Shown here piece by piece: positions 36,020-49,018 of a stretch of DNA of 64,000 bases. Source of the DNA: Octopus sinensis (taxonomy: Eukaryota); contig NC_043005.1 in NCBI RefSeq assembly GCF_006345805.1, forward strand, positions 55,924,001 to 55,988,000, given 5' to 3'. Under the pieces are notes generated by a model that saw nothing but the letters and a program-made list of their open reading frames with translations, searched no databases and had not been told where the DNA came from. Position numbers and translations under genes: made by a program. Position 1 is the stretch's first letter. Every line of letters begins with the position of its first letter.

Positions 36020-39000
36020 TGCAAACACGAACAAAGCAGGGGGAAATACATCTCCCGAAGACATTTCAAAACCCAACGCAAACAACAGCCACACCAACAC
36101 CACAAAAACATATACAGCAAACATGCTCACAGCCATAGACACCAAAAACACAAATTTGATGGAATACATCCAATCAAAAACAAACATAACAGAAGATGAC
36201 ATAAAAACAAACAACCACCCATACACAACACCACCAGACCACATCAAAATAATACACATCTCCAAAAGTCTGCACCACACACTCAAAGGCATTTTCCCCA
36301 GTGCGGTTGGTAAATGCCAAAAATATCTCACAAAGAAACTGTACTGGGATCTTCTCGAGGACAAACCAACGGAGGAGAAAGCAAAAACTTTCGAGCAGTA
36401 AGTAACCCTCTGTATTCTAATTCATTAGAACTATGATCAAGATTGGTTGTGTAAATGCGCGTGGCTTGGGGTCCCCTTGGAAACAAGGGTACCTCTTAAA
36501 TGACATAAAGTCACATAAGTTAGAAATCATAGCCATAAGCGAGACCAGACTCCACAATCCGCGGGCCCTAAAGACCATGTTTGGCGGACAGTTCAACATT
36601 TATTTTTCCCCCTGTCTGCCGAGAATGGGCGGTAGTGGCACCGCGGTACTTTTTCACAAGAGTCTGGATCTCAATGTAAGGACAATATTCGTAGACCCGG
36701 AGGGTAGACTGGTTGTCCTGGATGTCGACGGCAGCAATGGGTGCGCTTTTCGGCTCGTATCAGTTTACGCACCGCCCTTAACAGGTCGGGCGGATTTCTT
36801 TCAACGTCTAGAAGTTTTCTTGGGAACGTCTCGTCCTTTACTCTTAGTGGGGGATTGGAATGCTACCTTGGACACGCATGTAGACTACGTGGGTAGAGAT
36901 AGGAATAGACGGGGATGCAAATGCCTCAGAGACCTGCTCAGACGCTTTCAACTGTCTGACAGGCTTCGACTAGACCACCCGAATGCGCCAACGTGGACAT
37001 GGAGCAACCGCATCGGGTCGTCGAGATCGTATCTAGATAGGATACTGTGTAGGACAGTAGATAGAGATAGCATAGGATGTCCACAATTCCACATAGTCAG
37101 CTACACGGATCACAAACTTGTGACATGTACGCTAGACTTAGGTAAGACACTTAGGCAGGGTCCCGGATACTGGAAACTAAACGCGTCTTTCCCATCGAGA
37201 CAAGTTTTCAGAGACCGGATTAGCACACTAGTAAAGAGGGCTTTGACGGGAGCCATCATCAACAACAAATGGTGGTTTGCCCTCAAGAGAGCAGTAAAAG
37301 CAGAAGCGATTAGGTACAGCAAAGCACTAGCCATAGATAGAAATAGAGTAGAGGGTGAGCTAGTTAAGAAGCTAGAAGAGGCAATTAGAAGCGGCATCGC
37401 ATCCGACGTTTTGGCGGCGAGGTTGGCCCTCGACCAACACTTCAACGCCAAACACGAAGGATGTGCTGTCAGAGCTAGGATGCGTGCTCTAAGGAACGAA
37501 GGTGTTGGAGCCGCGAGAGAGGCCCGGGTGGCAGAGGCGCAACAGGGCAACAAAGCCACCATTCGGTCACTGGTAGATGAACAGGGGCGCGAATTGCTCG
37601 AGCCAAGTAAAATGTGTGAGGCCTTTCAGCAGCATTTTGCCCGACTGTTCGGAACGAGTGGAGGGCAAGAACGTAGGGTGGACTTCAGTGCCTACCTACA
37701 TAGCCTACCACGACTCTCGACAAGAAAGGCAGGGTGCTGCGAAGGTGCCATCACGGCGGCGGAAGTGCGGGAAGCGATGGCAGAATGCTCGAGGGACAAA
37801 TCACCGGGTTTGGATGGTCTACCCTACGAGCTTTACAATTGTATGCCAGACTTGTTTGGAGATCTCTTGGCGGCGGTGTACTGCAACTGGCAGCAAAACG
37901 GGAGCATTCCTGGTTTTGTGAGCCGAGGAGCCGTAACACTGCTGAAGAAAGATCTAAACAAGGGAAATGTAATAGATAACTTTAGGCCCATCACTCTGCT
38001 TAATGCAGACTTGAAAATTTTGGCCAAGGTGCTAGCCAAGAGGTTGGCGCTTGTCATCGAGAAACTGGTCGACAAGGCGCAAACATGCGCCGTGCCAGGC
38101 CGGACCATCCATGACAACCTCCATCTGATGCGCTACATCATAGACAGGGTAGTTAACGAACCTGGCATGGGTGGGGCCCTGATCAACTTGGATCAATCAA
38201 AAGCCTTTGATAGGGTAGACCATCGATACTTGGAGGCAGTCCTGAGAGCGGCTGGTTTCGGTCCCGTCTTCCGCGGCTGGATAGCTGCCTTGTACAGAGG
38301 CATCCGTTCGGTAATTCGCGTAAATGGACATCTATCGAGACCTTTCGACATTGCACGTTCGGTCCGTCAGGGATGCCCCCTCTCGGCGCTTCTATACGTA
38401 TTGACTCTTGAGCCACTACTGCGGAAACTGGCGACTCTAAGGGGCATCCCGCGAGAATTGGGATGCGGGACGAGCGTGTCTGCATACGCGGACGACGTCA
38501 CCGTCATAGTGTCTAGCCACGAGCACATCGAGCTGGTCGGCGAGACACTGAAAAACTACGAAGCGGTGACAGGAGCGAAAATCAACCGGGAAAAGTCAGT
38601 GGGCTTGCGACTAGGCACCTGGAGAAGCAAGCCCATGCCGTCCACCAGCGCCTCCGTCGTGGGACGCTGGACCGACGGCCCGGTTGAGTTGCTCGGGGTC
38701 TGGTTTGGTCCGGACCTCCAAGTGGAGAAGAACTGGAACGAGATAACGAGTAGGGTGGTCACTCTCGCCCGGCAATGGGCCGAGAGGAAACTGTCCCTAA
38801 AAGGTCGAGCGGAGGTGGCGAACACGTACATCGCGTCCGTCATCTACTACCGCCTGACCGTCGTACCTTGTCCCGACCCTACCATCACCAAACTACAACG
38901 CATCCTCTTTCGCTTCTTGTGGAAAGGATGCGTCCCGATGGTCAGGCGATCCATTTGCTGTCAACACCCGTTAAAAGGAGGGCTGGGCATGCCGTGGTTG

Positions 39001-40254
39001 ATGATGCGCAGACACGCGCTGAGACTGCGACATCTCTGGCTCTATGTAGACGACGGTGAACAGGTGTGGTCGCCGTTTGTGAGGCACGCTTTCCCGCAGC
39101 TCGTCTCCATGACCGAACTGCAGTCGTGGATCAAAAAGAGGCCGAGGAAGGGCGAATGGCACCGCGAGTGTCGCGTTGCTCTCAAGCAACTCTGCCGTCC
39201 TGGGTCGACCTTAAGTGACTTCAACACAACCAAAGCATTCTATAGGGGTTTAGTGGAGGGGAGGTACGACGACGAGCTCGGGGCGACCTGGACGTCGACG
39301 AGGAGTACCTGACCCGCCTGTTCGGGACGACTTTCGGGCCAGGGCCCATGGACAACTTCCAGAGATCCCTGGCCTGGCAGTGCTACCGAGAAGCGCTACC
39401 CGTTCGGGATAAGCTCTACAGACACGGCTCGAGAAACACGGGGCCGACCTGCCCGAGATGCGGTCAGAGCGACGAAACCGTTCTGCACGCACTCGTTCAG
39501 TGTCCAACAATTTCCGACCTGTGGGCTTATGTCGAACAACTGCTGTCACGTGTGGGACGAGTCGGTTTATCAGCTGAGTCTATCGTCAATATTGTCACGC
39601 CTCCTTCCTTCAAACGGGAAGGAAGAGCTATTTTCATCATCCTTGTGGCTATGGCGAAAGAATGTATCTGGTGGACGCGTCTGAAAGGATTGGAGACAAA
39701 CACTTTCCTCTCTGGTCAATCTCTCATCAACTTCTTCAAGTACCACTTGAAAAGGAAAGTGAGAGTAGAGAGGCAAGTTTTGTCTAGCGAATGTTTTAAA
39801 AAAAGATGGGTGAATGTAACAAGAATGGCACGTATGAATGACGAAGCCACCTTGAGCATAGTCCTATGAACCCAGAAATCGAAAACAGAGAGTTGCTTAT
39901 TTGCAAAAAAAAAAAAAAAAAAGAAATATAAAATGTGACTTCATTGACCGAGGTTACCGTGGTCTTTTCCGCAGGCTTTTCTTTCCACGGGTAAACCTCA
40001 CCTGTCCTCCCCTTTACACTTCATATTGACATTTCTGTGATAACGATCCCTATTGATCATTTTTTCCTCCCCCCCCTTTTTTTTTTTTTTTTTTTAACCC
40101 CCCTTATTTTTGTCTCTTTCTCTCCTTTTACCATCCCTTTTGATCGAACCTCCCCCTTCCTTTTTTTTTTTTTTTTTTTAATACCTTCAAAAGAAAAGCT
40201 CTACCTTGTAATTTGTTCTATCTGTGTGCAGCCCTGTGTGGCTAATAAAGAAAC
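36020..40254 (+). mobile_element. Tx1/L1-clade non-LTR retrotransposon, 5'-truncated within ORF1, near-intact ORF2
   Basis: A/C-rich ORF1 tail (to TAA 36401), ORF2 36433-39869, 3' UTR with poly(A) and poly(T) tracts and AATAAA at 40244-40249. Confidence 0.96.
36433..39869 (+). CDS. ORF2 polyprotein (APE endonuclease, reverse transcriptase, CCHC finger); one 1-bp frameshift at about 39285
   Basis: GCVNARGL, ISETRL, VSVYAP, LVGDWN, SYLDRI, TDHK (APE); KSPGLDG, NFRPITLLN, LDQSKAFDRVDH, VRQGCPLS, AYADDV (RT); the frame resumes LDVDEEYLTRLF...CPRCGQSDETVLHALVQC. About 1145 aa if repaired. Confidence 0.93.
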
Positions 40255-40291
40255 ATATCTACAAATATATAAATATGTATATATACATATT

Positions 40292-40354
<63 letters not shown>

Positions 40355-40470
40355 ATATATATGTATATATATTATTTGTTTTTATGTTCAGTTATAATAA
40401 AAACAATTTTACATTAATCTGATAGATTACTCTATGGTTTTGTAGAGTACACATCTATTAATCTTAAACT

Positions 40471-40596
40471 AGAATATCATTGACAGTGACTTTGAGCTTT
40501 TGGCCAGTTAAGCCATCGTTGGACTGCCGTCATTAGACTGCAATCTGACAATGGCTTAACTAGCTGAAACTTTGAAATCGCTGTCAATAATATTCT
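40471..40596. repeat. About 125-bp hairpin palindrome (MITE part; related partial copy at 33135-33260)
   Basis: agaatatcattgacagtgac...gttaagccat / atggcttaac...cgctgtcaataatattct. Confidence 0.85.
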
Positions 40597-40621
40597 TGTT
40601 TAAGAATAATATGTGTGTGTG

Positions 40622-40857
<236 letters not shown>

Positions 40858-40934
40858 TGGTGATGACAAGTTACTGAAATCTCTGGCAATATGCTATGCA
40901 TGAGAAGACTCATCAGGAAAAGTAAAATAGTAGT

Positions 40935-41385
40935 TGTGGCCATGCCTGTGTCATGTAAATAGCATCCATGAAATCATAGTGATGACTATTGCCATTGTCA
41001 TGTAACTTGCACCTGTAAAGTCCAAGTTGGACCATTGCTGGTGCCTTGTAAATGGTGTGATTATTATTGGTGTGGTGTAAATGGCACCCATGGTCATTGC
41101 TAGTACCATGTAATGGGCACCTATGAATCGACATGGTCATTGCTGGTGCCATGTGAATGCCACCTGTGAATCGTAGCTGTGGTCGCTGCTGGTGCCATGT
41201 AAATGGCACATAAAAGCACCCATTACACTCCTGGGGTGGCTGGCATTAGGAAGGGCATCCAGCCATAGAAACCATGCCAAATCAGATTGGAACCTGGTAC
41301 AGCGCTCCAGCTTATCAGCTCCAGTCAAACCATCTAACCCATGCTATCATGGTTAAATGATGATGATGATGATGGTGGTGGTGGT
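40935..41385 (+). mobile_element. About 45-bp minisatellite (gctggtgccatgtaaatggcac) leading into SINE family C
   Basis: Six or seven degenerate units, then ggcattaggaagggcatcc...aacccatgct...(gat)n. Confidence 0.8.
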
Positions 41386-42149
41386 GATGGTGGTGGTGGT
41401 GGTGGTGGAGGAGGAGGAGGAGGAGAGGAGGAAGATAGTGACAATGGCGACAATACCATTTAATGTACGCTGTATTAAAATGAGAACTACTAATAGTTTC
41501 TTAATAGTTTCTTGCCATGAAGACAAGTGGCTAGGCAGGTTTATTCTTTTTAAGAATCAGGCTGCTGGTACATGAGAAACCATGAGAAAAATGAGAAGGT
41601 TGATGCAAAATGTGGAATGAGAATTCAAAGTGTGAATAAAAATGGAAAAGAAAAGAAAGAAATTTAGAGTTATATACTCTTTGACTGGGGAAGTTGATAT
41701 TAACTAATTGTTTTAGAATAATTTAATGGAGAGGGGTCCAAAGTCTGCAAGGGATGCTCAATCTGGAGGGGGTGGTGTCCTCCAGTTCAACAAAAGAAAT
41801 TTGTCCATATGCTTGCATTTTCTGAAGATTTCGGATATGGAATAGTGTGGTCTGAATTCTTGGATCTAAAAGTAATGTGTGATCTTTCAACTACTCATAA
41901 GTTGCATTTCTTAGATCCATTTACATATGGCATGGGTTTCTCTATGATTCTCCTCTTGATTGTTTGTCATATGCAGCTGGCCTTCAAACCCTATACATAG
42001 CTAGTCAACTTAGTGGATTTAATTTAATTGATGTGCCAGAAAGGAGACTGATGGTTTGCATAATGTCTTTTAAAATTGCTTTTGCATAAGCCAAGATAGT
42101 GTAATTTTAAAGGAAACTTACAATATGTAATTATTGGGTGTGGAAAACC

Positions 42150-42330
42150 CCTTTTGGACAGAAAAAACCTGAGGCTGTCTGTGGGACATGAAACCATATC
42201 TCCACAGGCATGATTAGCACTCCATTACTGGACCAAAGCAGTCCCTTGAATCTCTCTATCAATTTTAGAAACTTAATGAGCAAGAATTGTATGTTTTTGC
42301 TGTCATCAGAGTTTTATAAACTAATTCTGT
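42150..42330 (+). repeat. Dispersed repeat; inverted copy at 45450-45640
   Basis: ttttggacagaaaaaa...ggctg.ctgtgggacatgaa...gaccaaa...ccttgaatctctctatc.atttta...aagaattgtatgt is present in both orientations. Confidence 0.8.
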
Positions 42331-42644
42331 CTTGGAACAGTATATCCTGAAGCAATATTTACATGTTATTATTTGAGATTCACTGTCCCAAAAAAGAAAT
42401 AATGCACACACACACATATATATTATTTATCCACCCTTTTCAAGCCTAGCCAGGATCATAGGCCCGGTTTCCCGGTTTCTGTGGCATATGTGTTCCCCAC
42501 CAGCTGGACAGGAAGCCAATACATCGCAGCATTTCCCAAGAAACAGGAAGAAAGAGTGAGAGAAAGTTGGGGCGAAAGAGTACAACAGGGGTCGCCACCA
42601 CCCCCTGCCGGAGCCTCGTGGAGCTTTAGGTGATTTTGCTCAAT

Positions 42645-44405
42645 AATAAAGGTGTGTGGACGTGGGGCTGGGAAGTGGCCAGTGCTAGTGTGTATGTGGT
42701 GGTGTGATGTGATGAGGTGTTATGTGGTATGGTGCTGTATGGTGTAGTGGTGTGTGGTGTGGTGTGGTGGTGTTGGGAGGTGGGGAGGTGAGAGTGGAAG
42801 AAGCAAGGGTGGGTGTGGGTTAGGCTGACGGTGGGGTAGGGGTGGAGTATGTGGATAGGCTGATGGTGGGGTAGAGGTGGGGTGGGTGTAAGGGATGGGA
42901 TGGGTGGGTGTAGGGGATGGGATGGGGTCTGGTCGGATAGGATAGATAGGGAAGGTGGGGTTGGATTGGGGGGGGTTACGAGGGAGGGGTGACAATGAAG
43001 GGAGAAGGTAGAAAGTGGATAGGAGTGAAGAGAAGAAGGAGAGTTGGAGTGAAGAGAAGTAGGAGTTGGAGTGAAGAGAAGTAGGAGTTGGAGCAAGAGA
43101 GGAGAGGTGGGTGGGGGAAGTAGTTGTGAGGGGTAGAAAGGAGAGGGGAAGAGGTTAGATGAAGAGGGGAGGAGAGTTGAGCCCATGTGGTGCAAAGGAG
43201 CAGTGAGAGAAGATTAATCCCTGTCCATGGCATGAACAGGAGTCCAGATAGCCCCTGTGCAAGGACACTCCAAACACAGACAGGTGTTGCAAAGTGTGAC
43301 CTGTAGAGTGGAAATGGCACAAGACTGGGGTGTCATTACTGAGTAGGATGTCTCAGAGTTGTTCTGTGAACTGGTCAGTCAAGTGGCATCCCGTTTGCCC
43401 GATGTATAGAGAAGGGCAGAGAGAGCAGGAGATGCAGTAGATGACATTGGTAGACGTGCAGGTGAAGGATTCAGTGATGTGATAGGGTCGATGATGGGTG
43501 CCAGTGAAGAGGGTGGTGTTGTAGAGGTAAGGGCAGGTGTGGCAGCGTGGGCTGGAGCATGGGAACGAGCCAGGTTGAGAGGTTGAGTTGGGTCATCGCT
43601 ATAGAGCCTGTGTAGACGGAGGAATTAGGAATAGGGGATGGAAAGCTTGGTGTGTTTAGGGTGGGAGGAGGGGAGGTTGAATTATGAGTGTGGGTCTGTG
43701 TGTTTGCACTGGATGGAAGTGGTGAGAGTGGCGTGATGAATGCTGACCAAAATGTCAAGAAAGGAGACAGAGGTGTCAGAGATAGTGCAGGAGAAGTGGA
43801 AGGCAGGATGGAAAGATTTGACAAAAGAGAGGAAGGAGTCTAGATGTTCACAGGATAGTGAGATCGCACTGATACAGTCATCAATATAACAGCTGTATAG
43901 TTCGGGAGTGGGACCAGTAAAACTTGAGAATATTTGGGCCCCAATGTAGCCAACAAACAGGTTCGCATAGTTGGGGCCCATTCTCATTCCCATGGCCACT
44001 GCCAAGACCTGCTGGCGAAAATTCCCCAGTGAACCGGAAGCAGTTGAGTGAGAGGACAAGTTCAGCCAGACAAACGAGTGTGGATGTGTCAGGTTGGGGG
44101 TTGGGTCGAAGGTCAAGGAAATGTTGGAGTGCACATAGCCTCTTGTGGTGAAGGATCACCATGTAAAGGCTCTGGATGTCGAGAGTCAAGAGAAGTTTAG
44201 AGGAGCCAGGAGGGAAGAAGAGAGAGTTGATCAAATGAAGCATGTGGTTGGTGTCATGGATGTGAGAGGAGAGGGAAGCCACTAGGGGGGCAAGGACATG
44301 GTCAAAATATCTGGAGATGAGTTCGGTGTAGCAATTGCAGGTGGAGATGATGGGGCAGCCAGGATTGTTAGGTTTGTGGATTTGGGGGAGGAAGTAAATA
44401 GTGGG
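42645..44405 (-). mobile_element. Penelope-like element (RT plus GIY-YIG; Neptune-like), decayed and internally deleted
   Basis: IYFLPQIHKPNNPGCPIIS, LLTLDIQSLY, VAMGMRMGPNYANLF, YIDD, SVSFLDI, Cys linker PCSSPRCHTC, and VIYCISC...LYIGQTG. Confidence 0.93.
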
Positions 44406-44421
44406 AGTGTGAGGGATGCGG

Positions 44422-44470
<49 letters not shown>

Positions 44471-44584
44471 TAGGACAATCAGTAAGTTATCATAATCGCA
44501 CCAGCCAGCATCACCACTTCCTCAAGCCTGTCATATATACATGTATATATGTATGTATATGTGTGCATGTGTGTGTTTGTGTAC

Positions 44585-45095
44585 ATGTTTGTCCTACTAC
44601 CACTTTTACTTGACAACCGATGTTGGTGCATTTGTGTCCCTGTAATTTAGCTGTTCAGCAGAAGAGACTGATAGAATAATCACCAGGCTTACAGGGAATA
44701 AGTCAATTTCTTCGACTAAAGGGTGGTGCTCCAGCATGGCCACCATTAAATGACTGAAACAAGTAAAGGAATAAAAGAATACCAGAAAAACGTTCCATAC
44801 CACTAAACAAAGAAGGTTCTTTGAATATGTACCATGTATTTTAAGGTTAAATAGTAATTCTGTTTACATTTGTGTAACTGAGATATTTTGGTTGGATTAT
44901 ATAGTCATTGGTGTTATGTTACTTTCTATATTCTGCAACTGTCACAATATACTTTTCTAGGCCTGAAATTTTTGTGGGAAGGGGGCCAGATGATTAGATT
45001 GACCCCAATACACAACTGGTACTTAATTTATTGACCCCGAAAGGATGAAGAATAAAGTCAACCTTGGAATAATTTGAACTCAGAACGTAAAGACA
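44585..45095 (-). mobile_element. SINE remnants (family B tail on + at 44590-44780; family A on - at 44955-45095)
   Basis: Family motifs as above. Confidence 0.7.
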
Positions 45096-46388
45096 GACAA
45101 TCATAATATGCAAGCATTTCTCATGGTACCAATACACTGCTTATAGATGCTTACATTTTTTATGTTTCCCATGACATTTTCATGGGTCCAGCTAGTTTAT
45201 AATGAATATCTTTCCATGGATTGTGTAATATATAAATTTTATTTAAATATCACAAATAAATAAGTGGGCTTAAGAGTTCTATATAATTATAAGATTTTGA
45301 GTATAGACATATCAATTATAAATTTGTTTAATTAATGATACTTATTGATATTAGAGTTGTTTTGTAAATATAATGTTGTTTTCATTGTATTAATTATTAA
45401 TATCATTATGTATTATTATATTTGTGATATTCAATTTTTGTTATGGCATATAATTGCCCAGAATTCTTGCGACATGTACGACATACAATTCTTTTCTATA
45501 AGAATAAACTTCCTAAAATCGATAGAGAGATTCAAGGAAATGTTTTGGTCAAGTGATGGATTACCTGTTATGTCTGTGAGTTCATGTCCCACAGGCAGCC
45601 TTTAATTTTTTCTGTCCAAAAGCATTTTTCAACTGAATATCTACATGCTATTATCTGTAGCTATATGTACCATCGCAATCCACTGTTCCAAAACAAAATT
45701 ATTTCACATTTTCCAGAAAGTTTATGAAATTCTTATGTCAACAAAATGTATGTATATGTGTGTTTATTTAGATTTTTTTGTTTTCTTTTTTAATTTAATT
45801 CTTACATTTCATGAATTCGATTTTTCTTTTGCTGAAATCATTAAGATTTTTCTGAAATATATTTCTGTAAATAGAAATTATAACCTGAATTCTGTGCTTT
45901 GAGTTGTTATTGAAATATAGATTTTATTTTGGATTAATATCGGTATTTTGTTATTGAGAATTACATGTATTGAAGTTTGATGAAAATATTGTTTTTTTTT
46001 TTAATTCTAAAGAAAATAAATGCAATAATTTCTATTGAAAGGCCAAAGGTATTTAATTTATCAACTTCATACAGTCCATTTAATTTCAATGCTCTTTAAG
46101 TCTTTAATTCTTTTAGAAAAAAAACAGTTTCTCTGGCTTTCTTTCTCTTCTTTTTCTCATTTCTCTTTCATTTATCCAAATTTTTTTTTAATTCTAAAAT
46201 CTTTCATTTCGAACAAAAATCATACATGTATAAAATTAAGATAATGCTATTAACCCCCACCTCTATCTCTTTCTCTCTCTCTCATACACACATACACACA
46301 CACAAACACACATTCAAATGTATGTGCATATCTGGGTATTCAAATGAAAGTAAAAAGTATTCATTTCATCAAGTAATTATTACATAGC

Positions 46389-46487
<99 letters not shown>

Positions 46488-46556
46488 TATACATACATGC
46501 AGATATATATATAATTAAATATATATATTCATATATATGTACATATATATATATGT

Positions 46557-46589
<33 letters not shown>

Positions 46590-46598
<9 letters not shown>

Positions 46599-46830
46599 TC
46601 ATCATTATCATCGTTTAACATCCGTTTTCCATGCTAGCATGGGTTGGATGGTTTGACTGGGATCTGGGAAGTCAGGAGGCTGCTTGGCTCCAGTCTGATG
46701 TGACAGTGTTTCTACAGCTGGATGCTCTTCCTAACACCAGTGTAGTGGGTGCTTTTTACATGCCACCAGCACAGGGGCCAGAGGGGGCTGGCAACAGTCA
46801 CGATCAGTTGGTGCTTTTTACGTGCCACTG
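46590..46830 (-). mobile_element. SINE family C
   Basis: catcgtttaacatccgttttccatgctagcatgggttgg...ggatgctcttcctaacacc. Confidence 0.85.
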
Positions 46831-46994
46831 GTACACACACACACACACACAATATATTGTTTATTCATTTTTGTACTTCTTTGTGACCTATTTATAGGTT
46901 TTAAAATATATTTTATTTTTTATTTATGATTTGGTTTATGTCTATCATTGTTTGAATTGCATAATAGTAGTTTTTCTCTAATTTATATTATATA

Positions 46995-47620
46995 TATATA
47001 GGGGGAGAATTCACAAAAAAACAAAAGATGAAAACAGGTGGTGTAGACAACAAACAGATGTATTAGTATAACGCTCGGGAAGTGAAAAAGTCTTTAACAT
47101 TTCAAGCCTACACTCTTCCACAGAAAGGAACACAGAAAGAATCAAGGAGAGATAATAAAGTAGTGGTGATCCCAAAACAAAGGTGTGTGTGCATATGTAT
47201 AAGAGAGTTTGTATGTACGTGTGGAAGAGGGATGGTGATCTTGACGTGTGCGTGTGTGTAATGTGTGAAAATGTGAGACTGAGAAGTGGTCAGTGCTGGT
47301 GTGTACGTGGTGGTGTGTTGTGTAGTATGGTGGTGTATGGTGTAGTGGTGTGTGGTGTGGTGTGATGATGTTGGAAGGTGGGGGAGGTGAGAGTAGGGAA
47401 AGCAAGGGTGGAGTATGTAGGTAAGCAGAGGGTGGGGCTAGAGGTGAGGGTATGTGAGAGTGGGTGTGAGGGGAAGAGAGGAGATGGAAGGAGGTTAGAT
47501 GAAGAGGGGAGGAGAATTGAGCCCATGTGGCACAAAGGAGTGAAGATTAATCACTGTTCACAACGCAAACAGGAGTCTGCATGGCCCCTGTGCAAGGACA
47601 ATCCAAACACGGACAGGTGT
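46995..47620 (-). mobile_element. Penelope-like 3' end/terminal repeat with decayed hammerhead (about 47091-47127)
   Basis: Homologous to 42720-43310; reverse complement cttt CTGTGGA A gagt-gtag-gctt GAAA tgtt aaag. Confidence 0.75.
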
Positions 47621-47639
47621 TACATATATATATATCATC

Positions 47640-48135
47640 ATCATCGTTATCATCATCATCATTAACATCCACTTTGCATGCTGGCATAGGTTGTACTGTT
47701 TGACATGGAGCTAGCTAGTGGGAAGCAGTCCAAACTCCAACTGTTGTGGTATGGTTTCTACAGCTGGATACTCATCCTATTGACAACCACTAAACATAGT
47801 GTGCTGGGTGCTCTTTACGTGCCATCAACACGGGTGCTTTTTAAGTGGCACCAGCACCTGAAAGGACAATCCTGTATGTGTGGAAGACAGTGGTTTTACT
47901 TTGCTTGATGTGTCTTATCAAGTACAGCAAATTGCCACATCACTTGGTCCTTTGTCATTTCCTTAGTAAGGCCCAGAGTCCGAAGATCCTTTCTCACTAC
48001 TTCATTCCATGTCTTCTTGGGTCTACTCCTTCCACAAGTAACCTACACAGATAGAGATTGGCACTTCTTTATGCAGCTGTTTTCATCCATACACATCACA
48101 TAACAGAACCAGTACAGTCTCTCTTGCGCATAACA
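47640..48135 (-). mobile_element. SINE C / RTE 3' fragment
   Basis: (CAT)n tail, family C body, then the reverse complement of the RTE C-terminal coding seen at 1860-2050. Confidence 0.7.
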
Positions 48136-48159
48136 TCTGTCCAGTGTGTAAACTGATTG

Positions 48160-48310
48160 ATAAAATCTGAAGGGCGTTGTCTGGGATATCACTGAGAGCT
48201 TCCTGAATCTGTCTCTCCAAGTCCTCAGGTCTTGTACACCTCCTCTTTTTACCCACAGGTAAAAATCACATTGAGTGAGATCTGGACATCTGGACTTCTG
48301 CAGTTACTGT
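48160..48310 (-). mobile_element. Tc1/mariner-superfamily transposase fragment
   Basis: Conceptual PDLTQCDFYLWVKEEVYK resembles SPDLTPCDFFLWGxxKxxVY. Confidence 0.6.
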
Positions 48311-48781
48311 CTTCAGGCTTTAGCTCCTGTGCGTAATGGGGTTTCCACAGATGAGAATTCAATTCTTTATGCAGCACCATACATATTGTTAGTCCACTTT
48401 TACAAGCTGCTTGTTGCGTTGATTTTTGCGGCCTTACAAATTTAACATTTTCTGCACTGTGGCCACGTTCTCTTCTGATTGGGATGTGGCTGGACAGCCA
48501 CTTTTTCTTGCATCATGGGTTTTCCGTATGCATGGGACTCAAACTCACACTCTATATATTCACAGTAAGTGTGCTACCATTATACCAACCTACCCATTCA
48601 CTTCTTCCCATTAGATTTAAGAACTATAATTCCATAGTGTTGTTTTTTAAACAAACAAGCATGTGCATTTTGATACATGTGTGTGTTTGTGTTTGTGTGT
48701 GTGTGTGTGTGTGTGGTGTGTGTGTGTGTGTGTGGTGTGTGTGTGTGTGTGTGAGTGTGTGTGTGTTTATTTTAATCAAAG

Positions 48782-49018
48782 TACAGAGTATTTATGGATC
48801 CATTTCAACTAACTTACCAATCAGTTTCGTGCCAGGTATTAAAATACCGGGTGGTTAACTAAAACTAGGTGCTATTCAGTGGGGTTTTTTTTTTCCATGC
48901 CTACCACTGTGAGATATATGGTTTTAGATAACTGCTCTGTTATCTAATATCTTGTTATCTAATGTCCAGTGTGTAAAGTGATTGATAAGATTGACAGAAA
49001 TGGATCTATAAAACTGTA
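48782..49018. mobile_element. Tc1-type MITE
   Basis: tacag...tatggatccatttcaactaacttaccaatcagttt is mirrored by aaagtgattgataagattgacagaaatggatctata...ctgta. Confidence 0.65.

Noticed and set aside
37110-39776. Antisense and alternative-frame ORFs inside the Tx1 element, and 25508-25999 antisense to CR1
   Set aside because: Expected by-products of GC-rich coding sequence; no recognisable motifs.
45443-45727. 94-codon frame interrupted by a single TGA (selenoprotein-like idea)
   Set aside because: It lies in the inverted copy of the dispersed repeat at 42150-42330; no SECIS or selenoprotein motif recognised.
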